From: Vicugna vicugna
Taxonomy: Eukaryota
Direction of reading: 5' to 3'
DNA length: 64,000 nucleotides
NCBI GenBank assembly: GCA_013265495.1
Contig: MU058844.1
Location: 7,997,260-8,061,259, forward strand
Both the position numbers and the translations under genes were made by a program. This document shows positions 25,298-39,396 of this stretch, piece by piece; the first letter of the stretch is position 1, and every line of letters starts with the position of its first letter. Under the pieces are notes generated by a model. The model was given only the letters and a program-made list of their open reading frames with translations, was not told the DNA's origin and did no database searches.

Positions 25298-28200
25298 GTA
25301 ACATTACTATCTGAATCAGCTTTGTTAATATTAAAAGGTATCAAATTTAGTAAGTGCCATATATATGCATTAATTTATAAAAGTAAGTTGAGGACTGCTG
25401 AAGTGGCAAGGAGGGGAGGATGGAAAACCCCTTTTATACATAAATTGAAACGGAGCGGAGAAGATAATCACCACTTTGGGCAAAGATGCATCCTGGGTGG
25501 AAAAGGGAAAAATAGACATCTTCAGGAAAACTATCTGGAGCCAAAGCAATAGATTTCAACTCACTCCTATACCTCTGCTGAGGTCATCTCTTTGAGATAT
25601 GCAAAGATATATTAAAACAGAAGACTACTCATCAGGAATTTTCTGCTTAAAGTAAGTAAATTTCTGTGTCAAGAAGACAGAAATTCTCTTCTTCTAGCCA
25701 TTGTTTCAGCCCAAGAAATGAGAAGTAGAACAAACTCTACAGCAGATCACATCTTCAAGACCCATTTCTCAGGGACAAAATTTTCCCAGATTGACCGTAT
25801 CTACCAACTACACTATCTATTTCTCCATTCTATGGCCTTATACTACATGGCTTTGTTCAATGGTCAGTGCCCACCTTAAACTCACTGCCACATGACTAAT
25901 GTCAAAGGGACCAAAGGGTCCTATTTAACTGGGACTCCTCCTGCATGTTAACATCTTCCACCTAAAGTATTGTCATTACAGTGCACGGTGAATTACAGGG
26001 CAGGCTCAAGAGCATACCCCACCCTGTCACTTTTGACAAAGAACCTCAAATATACCTCAGAAATAAGAGTCCCGCAATTTTAAGTCTTTTCAAAGAATTA
26101 TGCTTTTCACTGTGAGAAGAAATAAATTTGTAGGCAGGTATGTGCTCAGGTGCTCTGGCTCCAATAAAATGTTCTACCAGTTAAAGGTGTACCAGGTAAA
26201 AAGGTCAGCAGTTACCTCACTCGGGCCGCTGACCCTGTCCTTCACTTTAGTTTGGAATATCATCATGTTTCCTTCAAGACTTAAAATATGAGAGGAATTA
26301 TACACCACACATGCTACACCACATTTAAATGAAAAATTCCACTTTAAATTTCACTATTACTATTTCCTTGCACACCTATACAGATACCGAAATCCTTTTT
26401 TAGAATTACCTATGTTAAAGTTTTCTTTTAATTTAATGATATACACGGGGATTGTCTTTTTACTTCAGAACTGCATCACAAAAACACCTAAACGCTGAAT
26501 GCAGATTTTCTTTAAAAATGAACTTTCATGCATTTTGAAGTTAGGCATTTGTGCACATGAGGCACCATGTATACACATTTTATCATGATAAACAAAAGTT
26601 AGAGAGCATATTAAATGGTACAGCTTTCAGAAGAATCGAGTGTAATGCAGTAGGCTTTGGACATGGGTCTGAACCCCTGTGAACCTCAGCTTCCTCATCT
26701 AGAGAGTAGGTACCGGGATCATGGGATCACATGAGGTGGTATTAGAACAGCATATTCACAGTGCCTGCTTCATTGCATGATAAAGAGTATGAGCTAATCC
26801 CAGGAAGTCCTGAGATTGATACGATCATTGAAGAGGTGGGGTAAGGGGCCACCCCATAAGTAATACTTAATTCTTTGTTAGGTAGGAAAGCAACGGATGA
26901 GGATTTATGTCAAGGGAGAAGGAAATGAATGAGAAGTACAGATGGGCCTAGGAGCTCAAGACTTGAAAAAAAGAAGTTGAATGCAGAATTAACTCTTGTT
27001 TGGAAGAAGTATAATTTTAGTGCAAAACTAAGGATAAAATCTACAAGTCTGAGGACTTCATGTTTCAGGCTGCTGAGGCTCATGGGCCTCAAATGTGGGT
27101 GAAGATAAGGGGAAATGACCAAAATGTTATGGGTTTGTGAACATGTTCATGGCTGGGCTGGTTTTCAACCCATTTAGGAGACTGCAAAAATGAAAACTTT
27201 CCCATCTCTGAACATATGTGTCTTCCTTTATATACACGCCTGTGTGTGTGTGTCTGCCTGCATGTATGAATATATATACCCACATCCAGATGCTACAGTA
27301 AGGAAAATAGGCAATCTTTTTTTGTGAAGTGTTAGTCCAGCCACTTAGTAGGAAAGATATTTTGGAGGATGTCGGTTGTTGGTACCACCTTTCTTTAAAG
27401 GTAAACACAGGCTTAGACAAGGATGCTGTTTTAATAAGGAAAGATACTCAAATTTTCTACTATTAGAAAAAAAATGATCAAACTAGGAAAATGTAAACAT
27501 AAATTAAAAATAGTTTAACTCACATTAAAATGTGTTCATGCTTTATTACATGATGGGAGCATCAACATGTCGCAGGAAGAGGAACAAGCTGGAAGTCATG
27601 ACGTCACGTTGTGTTATCGATGGGGCTTATGTAACAAATTAAAGTACTGTCAAGTGGGAGAAAAATGCCTACTAAGTGGTGTGGAATCCCATGCGTATAA
27701 TAAAAATTTAAAAGAAAATAACGTTAAAGTACCTACATAATTGTCCTTTCTGATACAAAAGCCATTTCCACCAGTCTTAAGCATGGCAGCCCACTGCGGA
27801 AGCAGCTGCAGACAGGTGCTGTGAATTTCTCCTAAGCAGAAGGCTCTGAGACCTTCTTTAGACTAAAGAAATGCCCAGCTGTTCTTTGTATCACCATTGT
27901 TTATTAGAGATCATGACCAAGTTCAGGTTTAGAAAATGTATGTCGAATACAGGTTTTTATAAAGCACTGCTTCCTGAGATTCCTGCAGGAAAGCCCAGCT
28001 ATATTTAAGGGGCACAACCACTCCCCTTCTATATCCCCCACAACAACATGGGATATCAGAGTCCTGAGCGACTTTGAGGCCTGAGCCTGCTGGGCTATTT
28101 AAATTGCACTAAATGTTAACTATACACCAAATACACAAACCAAACAAAACAATGAAATGTAAGGTGGTTTCAAAGCAATATAATCTTATTTATTCCTAAA

Positions 28201-30406
28201 TAAAAAAGCTAACATTTCGTTTCAAACATAGCATCATGTATATGCGGACATAAAGCAGCTAGAATTATTTCCTGTGACCTTTAATGTCTGCGAATGTGAG
28301 TATTTTGATTTTATCATTCCTGAAACTACCTGGCAAAAAAAAATCTCTAACAATGACTTTTAGAAACTGACATATAAAAGCAGAATAAAAGTCGAGGATA
28401 CTTTGGAGCTATTTGGATTCCTGGGTCACTTAGTGGCAACAAGTAGAGAAATTTTAAGATTAATTCTACAACTATACCTCAATTTAAAAAAAAAAGACTG
28501 ATTCTAGATATCAAAATGCACGTCTTAAAGTGAGGAGGCGATTTCTAAAAAAATGAACTACTAGATTCATTATGCCTGAGAGTAAAAACAATACAATGAT
28601 AACTATATTGCCTCTAGAATGCCAATCAGCAAGTTTAGATACGGCAACTTCATAGAAAACGCTTAACTGCGTACTATATTGAGTTAGCTTTTCCTCTGTA
28701 TCTCTTCCAATATTTCAGCAGCAAAATGTATGTGATATACGCCTTATCTTTTCGCAGAATACATTTTGCAACTTCAATGGTACATATCCATAATAATCAT
28801 TCAGTCAGAGTCACAGGAAAATTTTTTGTTCCCTGCTCCCTCCAATCTAAACATGGCTGTGCAGTGATTATAATCAGACAAAGAGACCTAAATGTTAGTC
28901 AACATGGACAATAGGAAGAACTTTGCTTTAAAGGACTAAATGGAAAAATAATCTCAGCTCTAAATAGTAACAATTATTATAAAAGGCCCAAGGAAACACA
29001 CAGCACTGGACTTTCAGATAGACTACACTGACACCATGTTAGCCTGGGGTATGGAACTTTTCCATGGAACTTCAAGTACTTTCACAACTGGAGTTTTATG
29101 TAGCCCAATTAACTTTGGCTAGACACAGAAATCTGGCTCAGGGCTTCCATGCAGTAGCCAAAATAAAGGTTTGCTGTATCAAGAATTACTGTCAGAGTCT
29201 CCCATATCCTTCCTTCTCTCACTAACCTAAATCTGGAAAATAAGCTAACAGCCAAGTTGCTTTTACCACAATTTAAGTCAATATTAATTTTACTGGCTCA
29301 CAAAACTGCAAAGTATCTGGCTTAAATAAATGGAACGAGACAAAAAGAAAGGATCAAAAAAAAAAAAAGTCAAAGTAAAAGATGTGCACGCAACTGGAGA
29401 ACACACACGGGTTTGGAAGCAACTATAAAACCATCTGAAACACCATAATAATGGACGTGTTACTCCTTCCTTTCTCTCTTAATTCATGCCCAATTTTAAA
29501 TTCATGGTATTAGCCCTAGGTAACAAAGGTCAAGCAAGGAATAAATCACAATTTTAAAGAGACCTTCTGCTTAGTATTTTAATTGGACATGACATTGGTA
29601 TGAAAGTTCCACATATTCTAAAGAGATGCCATCTGGGTCCAACTATATCTAAACATGGAGGCTACCAGTGACCCTAAGGCAGAACTAACTCTTCCCTAGG
29701 GTACCCTGGAACATTTATATTTGCATTATAATGTAATGTAGGACCTAAAAGTGCCCATAGCCAAAGACAGAAGTCCTAAGTTCATGACCTATAATGCCTA
29801 ATAATAAAAATGTGTTTAACCATTCAAACTAAGCTAGTATTTAGAGGTAATGACAAGAAAAAAGTTATAAAAAATGGAGAGGGAAGAAGCATTAGTTTAC
29901 TTTTAAAATCTCTAATCAGATATAAAAGAGAAGGAAAGATTCTCTAACTGTGTATAAAAGGGAGGAAAATGCTCGACACTTAAAATTATTTAATATAAAG
30001 TGAAAATTAATGATGCTTAATTCAGAAACCCTTGAGGATGTATCCAATTCTACTATTTAGTAGCTTATTTATTCTTGGGGACATTTCTTAAATCTTTAAA
30101 GCTCAGGTTCCTCATTTGTTAAAAAGAGGATAGTACTCATTATAAAGCTTCATGAAATAGCTCATGTCAGTCACAGGCACTCGAGAGACAAACATCTCTC
30201 TTTGTGACCACCTTTCCTTCCAGGGTCTTGGAAGATTACACTGTGTCCATGTTATAATCATGCCATTCTCATTCATATCATTGGGAATTAGAGTGATGCC
30301 TAGCATGGATGAATAAGTCTCAATACATGTGTTGGCAAAATGAAAGGACTAATGAGCAAATGAGAATCAGGCTAGGGAAACAAAAGTACTAAAAAGTCAT
30401 GTGCCC

Positions 30407-30469
30407 TGTACACCTTACTTACACTTATAGAATGCTATGTGTCAACTATATCTCAATAAAACTGGGGGG
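30407..30469 (+). mobile_element. 63-bp extreme 3' tip of an L1 with 16-bp TSD
   Basis: tgtacacctta...aatgctatgtgtcaactatatctcaataaaactgg, flanked by aaaaagtcat(g/a)tgccc at 30391-30406 and 30470-30485. Confidence 0.85.
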
Positions 30470-33400
30470 AAAAAGTCATATGCCCAGCCATTACATAACT
30501 TAAAAAGGAAAACACACAAGGAGGGTACAGGGAGAGTTACCAAGATAGTGAAATGCCACATACAGAAGAGATAAAAAGATAAAGTCTTAGTCCCTGTCCC
30601 ATGTCTAGGGTCCAAAGACAGAGATCTGTGTCTGCCATTCAATCAGAGAAATGCTGCTACAGAATTCTGAAACCAGTGCCATGAAAGCACAGAGAAAAAT
30701 AACTGCATGAAAGACTCAGGCAAGACCTCACAGAGGACATAAAACTTGAACAGGCGGACACAGGCAAAGGGACATTTTTGTCAGAGGAATAAAAAGAGAA
30801 TCTGATCTATGGAACCTGTCAAAGCATTCTGGGAAACTCTAAATCTCTTTGACCTTTTCTAAATACTATAAATACTACAGATCTTTAAAGAAAATTGGTA
30901 TGAAAGATGTTCAGAGAGAATCATTCCACTGGCTATAATAAAAAGCACCCAAAATCAATTATTTTTTCTAATTTGTCTTATAAAAATATAGTTCTGTATA
31001 TGAGAGCCTGTTCTATAATCTAAGTCTAATTTTGTTGCATGTCAGTTTTACATGTTTTGCCTTTGGTCAGTTTTGATGGAACAGTAAAAATACCATTCCA
31101 TTTCTATTCCTCTTCTCTTGGAAGTAATAGGCAGTCCCATTCTATAATATTTTATATTTAAAGCATTCAGAAGTCAAAATGTGTGGCATTTTCCACCTTA
31201 CCAGTTTCATGTTAAGTCAGTGGCATATTACCAGACCAAGAAACCCAAAATTAGACAAAGGCAATCTACTGGGATCAGAAATTTGCCAAATCTCATAATT
31301 CAAAAAGAAACTGTTAAGGATGGCTGTGAGGTTTTTGGCACTGTCAGTTTAAGCCATTCCATAACGGGGTTTGTATTTCATCTAATCAGCAAGTCAGAAA
31401 CTATAAAAGTTCTGTTGGTGGGGGGGATTAAAGTTTGGATTGTAATACATGTGTCTTTCCTTCCCTTCCATATGTTTCAGTAAATTAAAACTGCTAAATC
31501 TTGTTTTTAAAAATGCATTCTAAAAAATAAAGCAGCCTGTAAAGTCGTATTTTGGGAACAGGAAACTTAAAATATTCAGGCTGGAAAAGAAGGAAAAGAA
31601 AGGACACGTGGTTTCTATATTCAACGTAGTGTCACAATTGACGGATACTCAGAATTAAGTACATTTAAGCATTCTTTTTTTTTTTCTTTTTCTAAAAGAC
31701 TTTTAGAGGGGTGGTAAATTAGGCATCTGAAACTTTTCTAGATGATTTTTGAAGGTGGCCATTTATCAGTCTAATCAAAAATGTTTCCATTTGAAATCCA
31801 TAAGAACATCTCAAAGACAGTAGTTGAGGCAAGAGGATTCTACTCTTTTATGGAGCTGTGTGAATTATCATTCTATCAGAATAGAAAATGGAGAGTTTTC
31901 ACGAGGTAAAACAATTTTTTAACTCATTAAGTTAGACATATTATGATCCTATAAATTGTCAAAATAGCATCTCATACCCTTCAATTCTGAGCAATGTCCT
32001 TTCCCTTTCTTTATTCCTTCTCTATTGGGCCCCCACATTGATTTCTTTCATAATTTCTTCTTTCCTGTTTCTTCATCTTTTTACTTGTGTATGAAAACAT
32101 TTTCTCACCCTTCTTCTCCTATCCTTCAAATAAAAATCACTTTGCCATCATATTTTTAATTTCGAAAAACTTTTTCTTATTTTTCCCTTACTAATTTTTT
32201 ATGGCATCCTGAACTTCACAAAATGCTACGTTACCATCTCTAAGGACTTTTTTTCTTCTGTTTCCTCCAGTTTCCTTCTGCTAGTCATTTGTTTCAGTTT
32301 CAATCTTTAACATTTGAGGTTTTCCTAATATGGCTGACGACCCTTGGTTACCTGTTGCCATTTAAAAGCTGAGTAAATAAAAGCTGGATGAATTCCTCAG
32401 GGATAGCGGTGCTTTCTAGACTGAAAAGATTCACTTTTGTATGTCTGGCTTGGGAGCTAGTCATTTACAGAGATCTCCAAATGTAGGTAGATAGAAATCT
32501 TTTCCCTACAGTGATTCACTTTCTCCAGATAAGAATTTAACAATCTCTTAGGAGGCGGGGCACATGTGTGTGTGCTTGTGTGTCTGGGTCAGTGTGTTGC
32601 TGAGGGAGTATAATCTCTCTGTCGCTGTGTTCTGCACGTGGTAGTGGAGAGGTATTGACAATCTGAGGACACTGCTGGAGGACGATCAATCCTCTTTTCC
32701 GTCCTCTCTGCACTCCACCTTCGGCTGTGCAAGCCGTTCCTGGGCCATCATAGGAGCACTCTCATCATCAGCTGCTCCACCACCGCGAACCTCCTTTCCC
32801 CTGACTCGGAGGTGAGTGCCTGCTTGCTGGCACCGGTGCGCACGGGGAGAGACCTGACCGTCCCATGCGCAGGTTATAACTGATGACCCTATTTGATACT
32901 CCTCAGCTCACTCTCCTTTACGCCAATTGCCTCCAAGTGTTGAATCTCCCCAGATTTCTTTTCATTGTTATCCCGTTTCCAAAGGCCATTTAGATGGTGG
33001 TTTACTCTGTTCCAACAAATCAATTGTTAATACTTCTCTCTTCTTTCTGACTTTTCAGAGATCAGCTTAAACCGCATCTCCCCTCCCGTTCTTACTGTTC
33101 CTGTAAGGTTATCCTCAATATGTTAGTTAGTGAAAGTTTATTCTGATGTTCACACATAATCACCATTTCTTTGTTCACCATTCTCTTTGCACCCCACTCA
33201 GTAACTCCTCCTAGATTAACTGTGTTCTTTTGAAGGACATCTTCAATAATGTCTTCAGCAAGACTTTTTAGTGGACTGACTTTTATTTAATTTCTTGGCC
33301 TAGGAATTCCCTGATCATTCCAAAGCAAAGTAAGTTCAAAACCCAAAGCCTGATAAAGGGAGGGCAATAGTGGCAAACTCCTTGCAGGGATTTCAGACTC

Positions 33401-34152
33401 TGTGCTGAGATAGGCAAACCTCACGCTGCCCTCTTGCATGTGAACTTTTCTGCATAATTCTTTCACTGAGGGTATGAATTTTCCTGCTTTATTTAGGTAT
33501 CTAATCCCAGGCCTTCTGTGTGTCCAAAGCTTTGTCTCTTACTCCAAACAGAATGAAAACAGACAAATAATAAGCTCCTTCCCATAGTTGTTACAATGGG
33601 TAAACTATCCCAAATCAGCTGCACGATCAGCCTACTGTTGACTGTTTAGTTATTGCTTCACTTCCTCCCGGGGAAATTCTCATACGACTTTTTGAGCTGA
33701 GCTATGCAGTAAGAGCATATGTGTTAATATTTTATTAAGCATATCTAGATGTTTTTAGTGGGATGTTTTCTGGTTACTTAGTCTGTGTATATAATCTCTT
33801 TAATAGCATTTTAATGGTATCTTAGAATGGATACATAATACTTTTAAGTGTTTAGCCAATCATCTTCTGCGGGAGGTATTATTTTAAAACAATTATAAGA
33901 TATCTTTCTATGAAGTCACTTTGGAATCACTTTCCTCATCTTTAATTCTATGTTTTGCTAGTGTTCACTTATTTTCATTAATATCGGAGAGAGATTAAGG
34001 GATATAACTAAAACAGCATAGATAATGGAGTCAGATTAGGATTAAAAGCTAGTTCTACCATTTCTTAGCTGGGTGAGCTCAGAAAATTTACTGAAATATT
34101 TTGAACAATCCCCCATTTTATAAAAAAAAGGATTAATTACTTTGAAACCCTA

Positions 34153-34217
34153 TTTTGAAATAAATAAAATTACAATTTTTGTAATTTTTGAAATAAATAA
34201 AATTACAATTTTTGTAA
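34153..34217. repeat. Tandem duplication, 2 x 32 bp perfect with a 1-nt spacer
   Basis: ttttgaaataaataaaattacaatttttgtaa at 34153-34184 and 34186-34217. Confidence 0.95.
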
Positions 34218-34779
34218 GTCACAATGGTAGAATATCAACAACTTCTTATGCTTCAAACTAATACTGCTTTCACAGAAATGTGGCCAAGATTGCTTGTCAC
34301 AGGGGTGGCCAAATAATGGCTCCCTCCTCTTACAGAATGATTTCCAATTAGTAGGACTTCTAGGTGACAGTGATGGACACACATGCAATTTCTTATACAA
34401 GCTGGTTACTTAGAAAGAATCAGACTTAATTCCACATTAAAGCCAATCTTGGGTTAACATTGGTTTGGAGAACATAATCTTTATACAAATATTGTTATTA
34501 TGACAAGTTCATTGTACAATTACATATCTGCGGTTCTCCATTTACACATTTCCATTAAGTTACATCAAGGATACAATGTCACATTTTGTCTATGGCAAAC
34601 CCTATAGCCAAAGGAGCACATTTTTCCATATTTTCTGTACAGAATTCTAACTTAGTATTACCATCGTTACAACCTAACAATTGGAGTTAACTAGCCAGGA
34701 ACCAGTACCTCAAACCCTATCTACCTCAGTCTGCACAGGCAGAACCAACCTCTAAAGAGTGAGAAAGGTAGTTACTCAC

Positions 34780-34901
34780 AGTGAGAGCAAGCAGTTTCCC
34801 ATAGGTGAGATGAGCTGGGATGTGGTCAGTCTTAGATCTCAGTGATTCCATATACCAGTGCTCTGCTTCAGGGAGTTTGCTTAATCGCATGTATGCTTCA
34901 C
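34780..34901 (-). CDS. TMTC2: TMTC2 internal coding exon (122 bp; probably exon 8)
   Basis: Acceptor ttctcttgccag|GT GAA GCA and donor CTC ACT|gtgagt. Encodes (G)EAYMRLSKLPEAEHWYMESLRSKTDHIPAHLTYGKLLALT, inside ORF 34726..34989, in frame with the previous exon. Confidence 0.97.
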
Positions 34902-34999
34902 CTGGCAAGAGAATCGTGACAATCAATCTGAGGATACAGCTTTCCAAGAACATTTGCAGCGGCAGCACATCATCATGTTTATATTCCATAAATTTTCAG

Positions 35000-35180
35000 A
35001 TTCTGTGGCAAGTGCTCTCATCCATTAGCTCATTCCATTCCCCAAAAGTCATCATTTCCATTTTACAGATGAGAAAATTTGTGCTGGGAGAAATTAAGCA
35101 AAATGCCTAAAAGTCAAAAATGCAGTAAGTGGTAAAGCTTTGATTTTTTTTTTTTAACCTAGAAACATCTAACTCCCAAG
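35000..35180 (-). mobile_element. MIR SINE about 100 bp upstream of the exon acceptor at 34901
   Basis: catttccattttacagatgagaaaattt...gagaaattaagcaaaatgcctaaaagtca...agtaagtggtaaagc. Confidence 0.75.
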
Positions 35181-36275
35181 CATATGGGCTTCGTCATAAT
35201 TTCTTTTTCTTTTCCTTTTTAAAGTCTGTTTTTTCTCATGTATAATCATTTGTTCTTTTTTATTCATATTCATTCAATTCCTACAGAAACTCAAGTATTT
35301 ACAGAAAAACTACTAATTGGAGAGTACTACGCAGGACCTAGACAAAAGAAGTTAAAGGTCTTCCCGTTAAGGCTTACAACCTCGTTGAGAAAGTAAGACC
35401 CAAAGAAGGAGTTAAAAACATTCTGGATTAAGCACTGGTTGGTGCTAGATTTTAGTTTTTTTCAGAATTGATTTGCATTTTATCTTTTAATCAGTAAATT
35501 AAAATTGACCGGTTTCATTTGGAAAACCCAGTGAATACATGACAATTATTTAGCATGCCCATCACTATGTGCAAAGCTAGTCTAAGGCCCTTCAGCCATC
35601 AGCAGCTATTTTCAATTTACACAGATCTTTCCTACCAGGGAGCATTTCACTACCAGCCAAGCCAAGAGGAAAAAAGTTGGAAATAAAGCCAAAAGTTTAT
35701 CAGTTGCCTACTTATTATTATCCCCCTCTCCCTTATATGCCTGTGGTATGAAAGAATATTCACCCCGTGTGAAAATTATATTTTAAGATGATTTGTGCAT
35801 TTAAGTTAAATATAGTAGTTATAATAAACACTGCAAATGTAGAAGCTACTCGATTTCTGAGACCAGGCAGCAGACTGGTAATCTGCACTATTTCTCAAGC
35901 AGACTTTTATAGCTTATCTAATCATAATTATAGTGGCTTTTTCCATTTAGAGGAATAATCAGGGGCTTTTCCTAAATGTATTATCCACACTGGTTATGTA
36001 TCTTTGCTTCAAAGGAAGAGCTAGCTTCCTTTTCTTTTAATCAAATTCTCTTTGCATTAGCACAGCATTGTTAGTACAAATATGTTTGATGAATTGAATT
36101 GATTTGAGTCTCCTGACCTTTTGAGTGCTCTTTGCTTGGCTGGTTAGTAAATAAAAACCAAAAAACAAAAACAAACAACAACAACAAAAAATATATATAT
36201 ATATGACAAATAATATGTAATATGCACAAAAATGTATGTACCACTCACACACATCTATGTGTTTCTAGTTCTGAG

Positions 36276-36325
36276 AACAGCCCTTAAACTAAACTATCAT
36301 AACAGTCCTTAAACTAAACTATCAT
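36276..36325. repeat. Tandem duplication, 2 x 25 bp (one mismatch)
   Basis: aacag(c/t)ccttaaactaaactatcat occurs twice. Confidence 0.93.
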
Positions 36326-39300
36326 AAAAATGATAGCTGAAAAAAAATTTTTTTCCTAAGGCTTAAAACCTGTTTGCATTTAAAGAATTTGGTTAGATTT
36401 AATCAAATGCTCAGGGTGAGATGCAGGAAGTATTTAAAGCAAACACCAGAATGAAATACACAAAATAACCATGGTTGTTAGAGTGGTAGGAATAGGCACG
36501 GATTTAACTTTTTTCACGTTTCTATAATAATTGCATTATTTTTTATTATAATATCTCTATAAGTGAAACACTGTCAAACAATTTTCTTCTTGCCATGTTG
36601 AATAAATACATGTTTCCAAATAAAACAAACCGTAAGTTTTCCTAGGGAGTGTGAATCACTTCTTCATACTAAAACAATATTAGATATGATTTATGTAAGA
36701 GCAAGGATGCACAATTCCTAATATTAAAATGTTTGAAAGCAATCAATGACAAACCATATCAAAATATCTCCAAAATGGTTTCTAAAGCCAGTAGGAAACA
36801 TACTAATTTCAGAGTGAGAGCTGAGAGATGGGCCTGCATTATAGATTCTGCTTGGAATTAACCTAAAATTCTACTTTGGGTCTTCAGGTGCTCAATAGAT
36901 CAGTTCTTAGAAGTTCTACAACCATTGCATTTAATGTGGCTTCTCCTTTTCCTTTATTAAAACTTCAATTAATTTGTAGAATAGTAACAGTAGGTTATCT
37001 GTCTAGAAAAAGGCTTTGAGAGAGCCTCAATTCTAGGGTGCTTTCCAGGTTCAAATCTGTATATTTAAGTGGTTGATGTTTGAAAATCATGTCAGAAAGG
37101 GCACTACATTTTTTTTCAAGTCAGAAATTCATCATTATTAAAACTCATTTTGGAATGAAACATTATAAATTTGCTAACTGCTTAGCGTGGCCAATTTCAT
37201 TCAGTAAGAAGTCATGAGAAGCTTATTAATTTATAAAGCTTGTGAGGTGAGGAAATATCAAAGGGCCATAAATAAATATACTGTAATAGTGCATCTCAGC
37301 AAGTATATGAAAAATGTAAATCACTGGCCTACTTAGGTACTACTCATTACAACTTAGAGAAACTTCATGTAACCATTCATTTCATTGCATCTCAGTAACA
37401 ACAATGATGACAATGTCACTCACTGAATGCTTATTATGAATTCAGGTATCAAGCTACAGGGGGCAAATGTCTGGCTTAAGATAATACCCATTCCTCCCAT
37501 TCTGTACCTTTTGGCATGTGGAATGTTTTCCCAGTCAGCCCTACAAGGAGCCTTAATACATCCTCCTCATCCAACCAGTATCAACCAACTTCTCAATTAC
37601 ATTTGCAAGATGAAACATATTTTCAATCTCTGTATTAGTTGCTTAATAGATGCATCTCATTTTTTAAATTAAGGAGTGTCCTTAATTACCTGGATTTTAC
37701 AGATGAAAAAACTGAGAAGTGGAGTGGCCAAATAAAACACAAAATCGTAAATGTGGAAAGGGGTTAAGCTGCAGTTCAAACCCAGGATGACCTGACCTCA
37801 AAGCATACTGCCAGCCTGTTGGTACTGAGCAATCACAAACTTGCCAAGTCTCCAGCTCAGGTGAAAATTATACTGTGTTGCACTCACAAAAAGTTATTTT
37901 TGAGCTTGGGATACCCTGGCCAGCGAGTTCATTTCACTTTGCCTTGGGCTTATCTATTGAATTAAAAGAATAAAGAAGAGCAATAATCATCCACAGCTGA
38001 CCTTTAAAAATGTTTCTGCTGCATATGTTCCTCAATGCATAAGAGGGAAATGGGTAGCACAGAAGATGCACTGCAGTTCTAAGGTTAACCTTAACACAAA
38101 AACAGTCTGTAAAAGTGGTAATAAAATCAAGATGCAGAGCCTAAAATGCAAGAAAATAATCATGGGTGAATTTCAATGTGTTTAAAAGGCAATTCAATAA
38201 AGATGTAGGCGACAAACAAAACAAGAACAGGCACCTGCTATATCCTGGCAGTGCCAAGGAAGGAGCTTCATATTTCTCACTTCTAATTCATATTCGGGGT
38301 TAGAATACTCATTTTATGGATGAGCAGCGAGGCTCAGGAATATGTGACTTGCACAGTTAATAACTGTATCCTAAAAGGTCTGAATGGGTCGAAAGCCTGT
38401 GCTTTTCAGCACTGCATCAAACTGCCTACTACATAAGGTTTATTATTTACTGAATACCTACTAAAGTATTAAGTATATTATCCTTATACTTTTAGCTTAT
38501 TTCTACACTGTAATTAGCATTGGTTTCACTTTACAAATGAAGGAACTATGGCTTACTGAGCTTAACCAACTTGCTCAACATTCAAAAACAAGCAAACAAC
38601 AAATTCTGATTCAGATTAGAGTTCTCTTTCTTTCCACTATACCATTCTGTCCAAATACTGTAAAAAATAATTAGAGAAGGGATAAAATAACTGTAAAAAG
38701 TACTATCAGTTTTAGGAGAGAATACATATATATATAAAAGGAAATGGACACAGAGGGAAAAAAAAATCAGTAAATTCAGTAAGGAAGGGAACGAAGATAC
38801 TTGATCAGGAATAGAGTGGAGGGAGGAGGGTTAAACAGCCACCTTCTCTGGTCCTGTAACTCTTCTTAACTTATAATAGCAGACAGAAATGTTTATAGTA
38901 CCCAGGAGGAAAGAAGCAATGATGACTATTTTTCCTTCCCATCCTACGAAAAAATGACATAATAGAGGCACTTTCCTAAGAATTCGAAGATTTGCTGTGT
39001 GATGATGCAGTGATCAGGTTCATCACCCAGATTTATTTCCAATTCACTCACAGACAAAAGGGATTTGGATGTCTCCAGGCTGGCTTCAGGCAAATATAAA
39101 CTAGTTTCAGATGTAGAACAAATAATGTCACTCTTCCTCCCTAAAAAGCCCTGAGTCTAAATAACCCAGGCAAAGGCTAACTCCTTAAAGGAAAGAATGC
39201 TGGATTATTGATGATGTAATAGTCCAGATCTCATTGATTCTCGTGTTTCAAGTTACTGGACAGTTCCAGCTTACAGATAAAGAACAGAGCATGCAGTGGG

Positions 39301-39396
39301 GCCATACGGCCCATACCTGCCAGTGTTACCTTTTGTTTCTCCTGCCCTTGCTCAACATAATCTATTTCTATGTTAAGATTCAGTTTAGGTTTCCTA

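Noticed and set aside
1..34700. Next downstream TMTC2 exon (GRKSEAEK...)
   Set aside because: Not found by eye in this interval; it probably lies beyond the window start.
34896..34903. CAG|GTGAAG as a recursive splice site
   Set aside because: The reconstituted donor is weak (no G at +5) and the GT is simply part of a split Gly codon.
34726..34989. Stand-alone 87-aa gene or extended exon
   Set aside because: Only 34780-34901 matches TMTC2 and it is bounded by canonical AG/GT; the flanks are open by chance.
34153..36325. Direct repeats as a CRISPR-like array
   Set aside because: Two unrelated two-copy tandem duplications without spacers in mammalian intron DNA.
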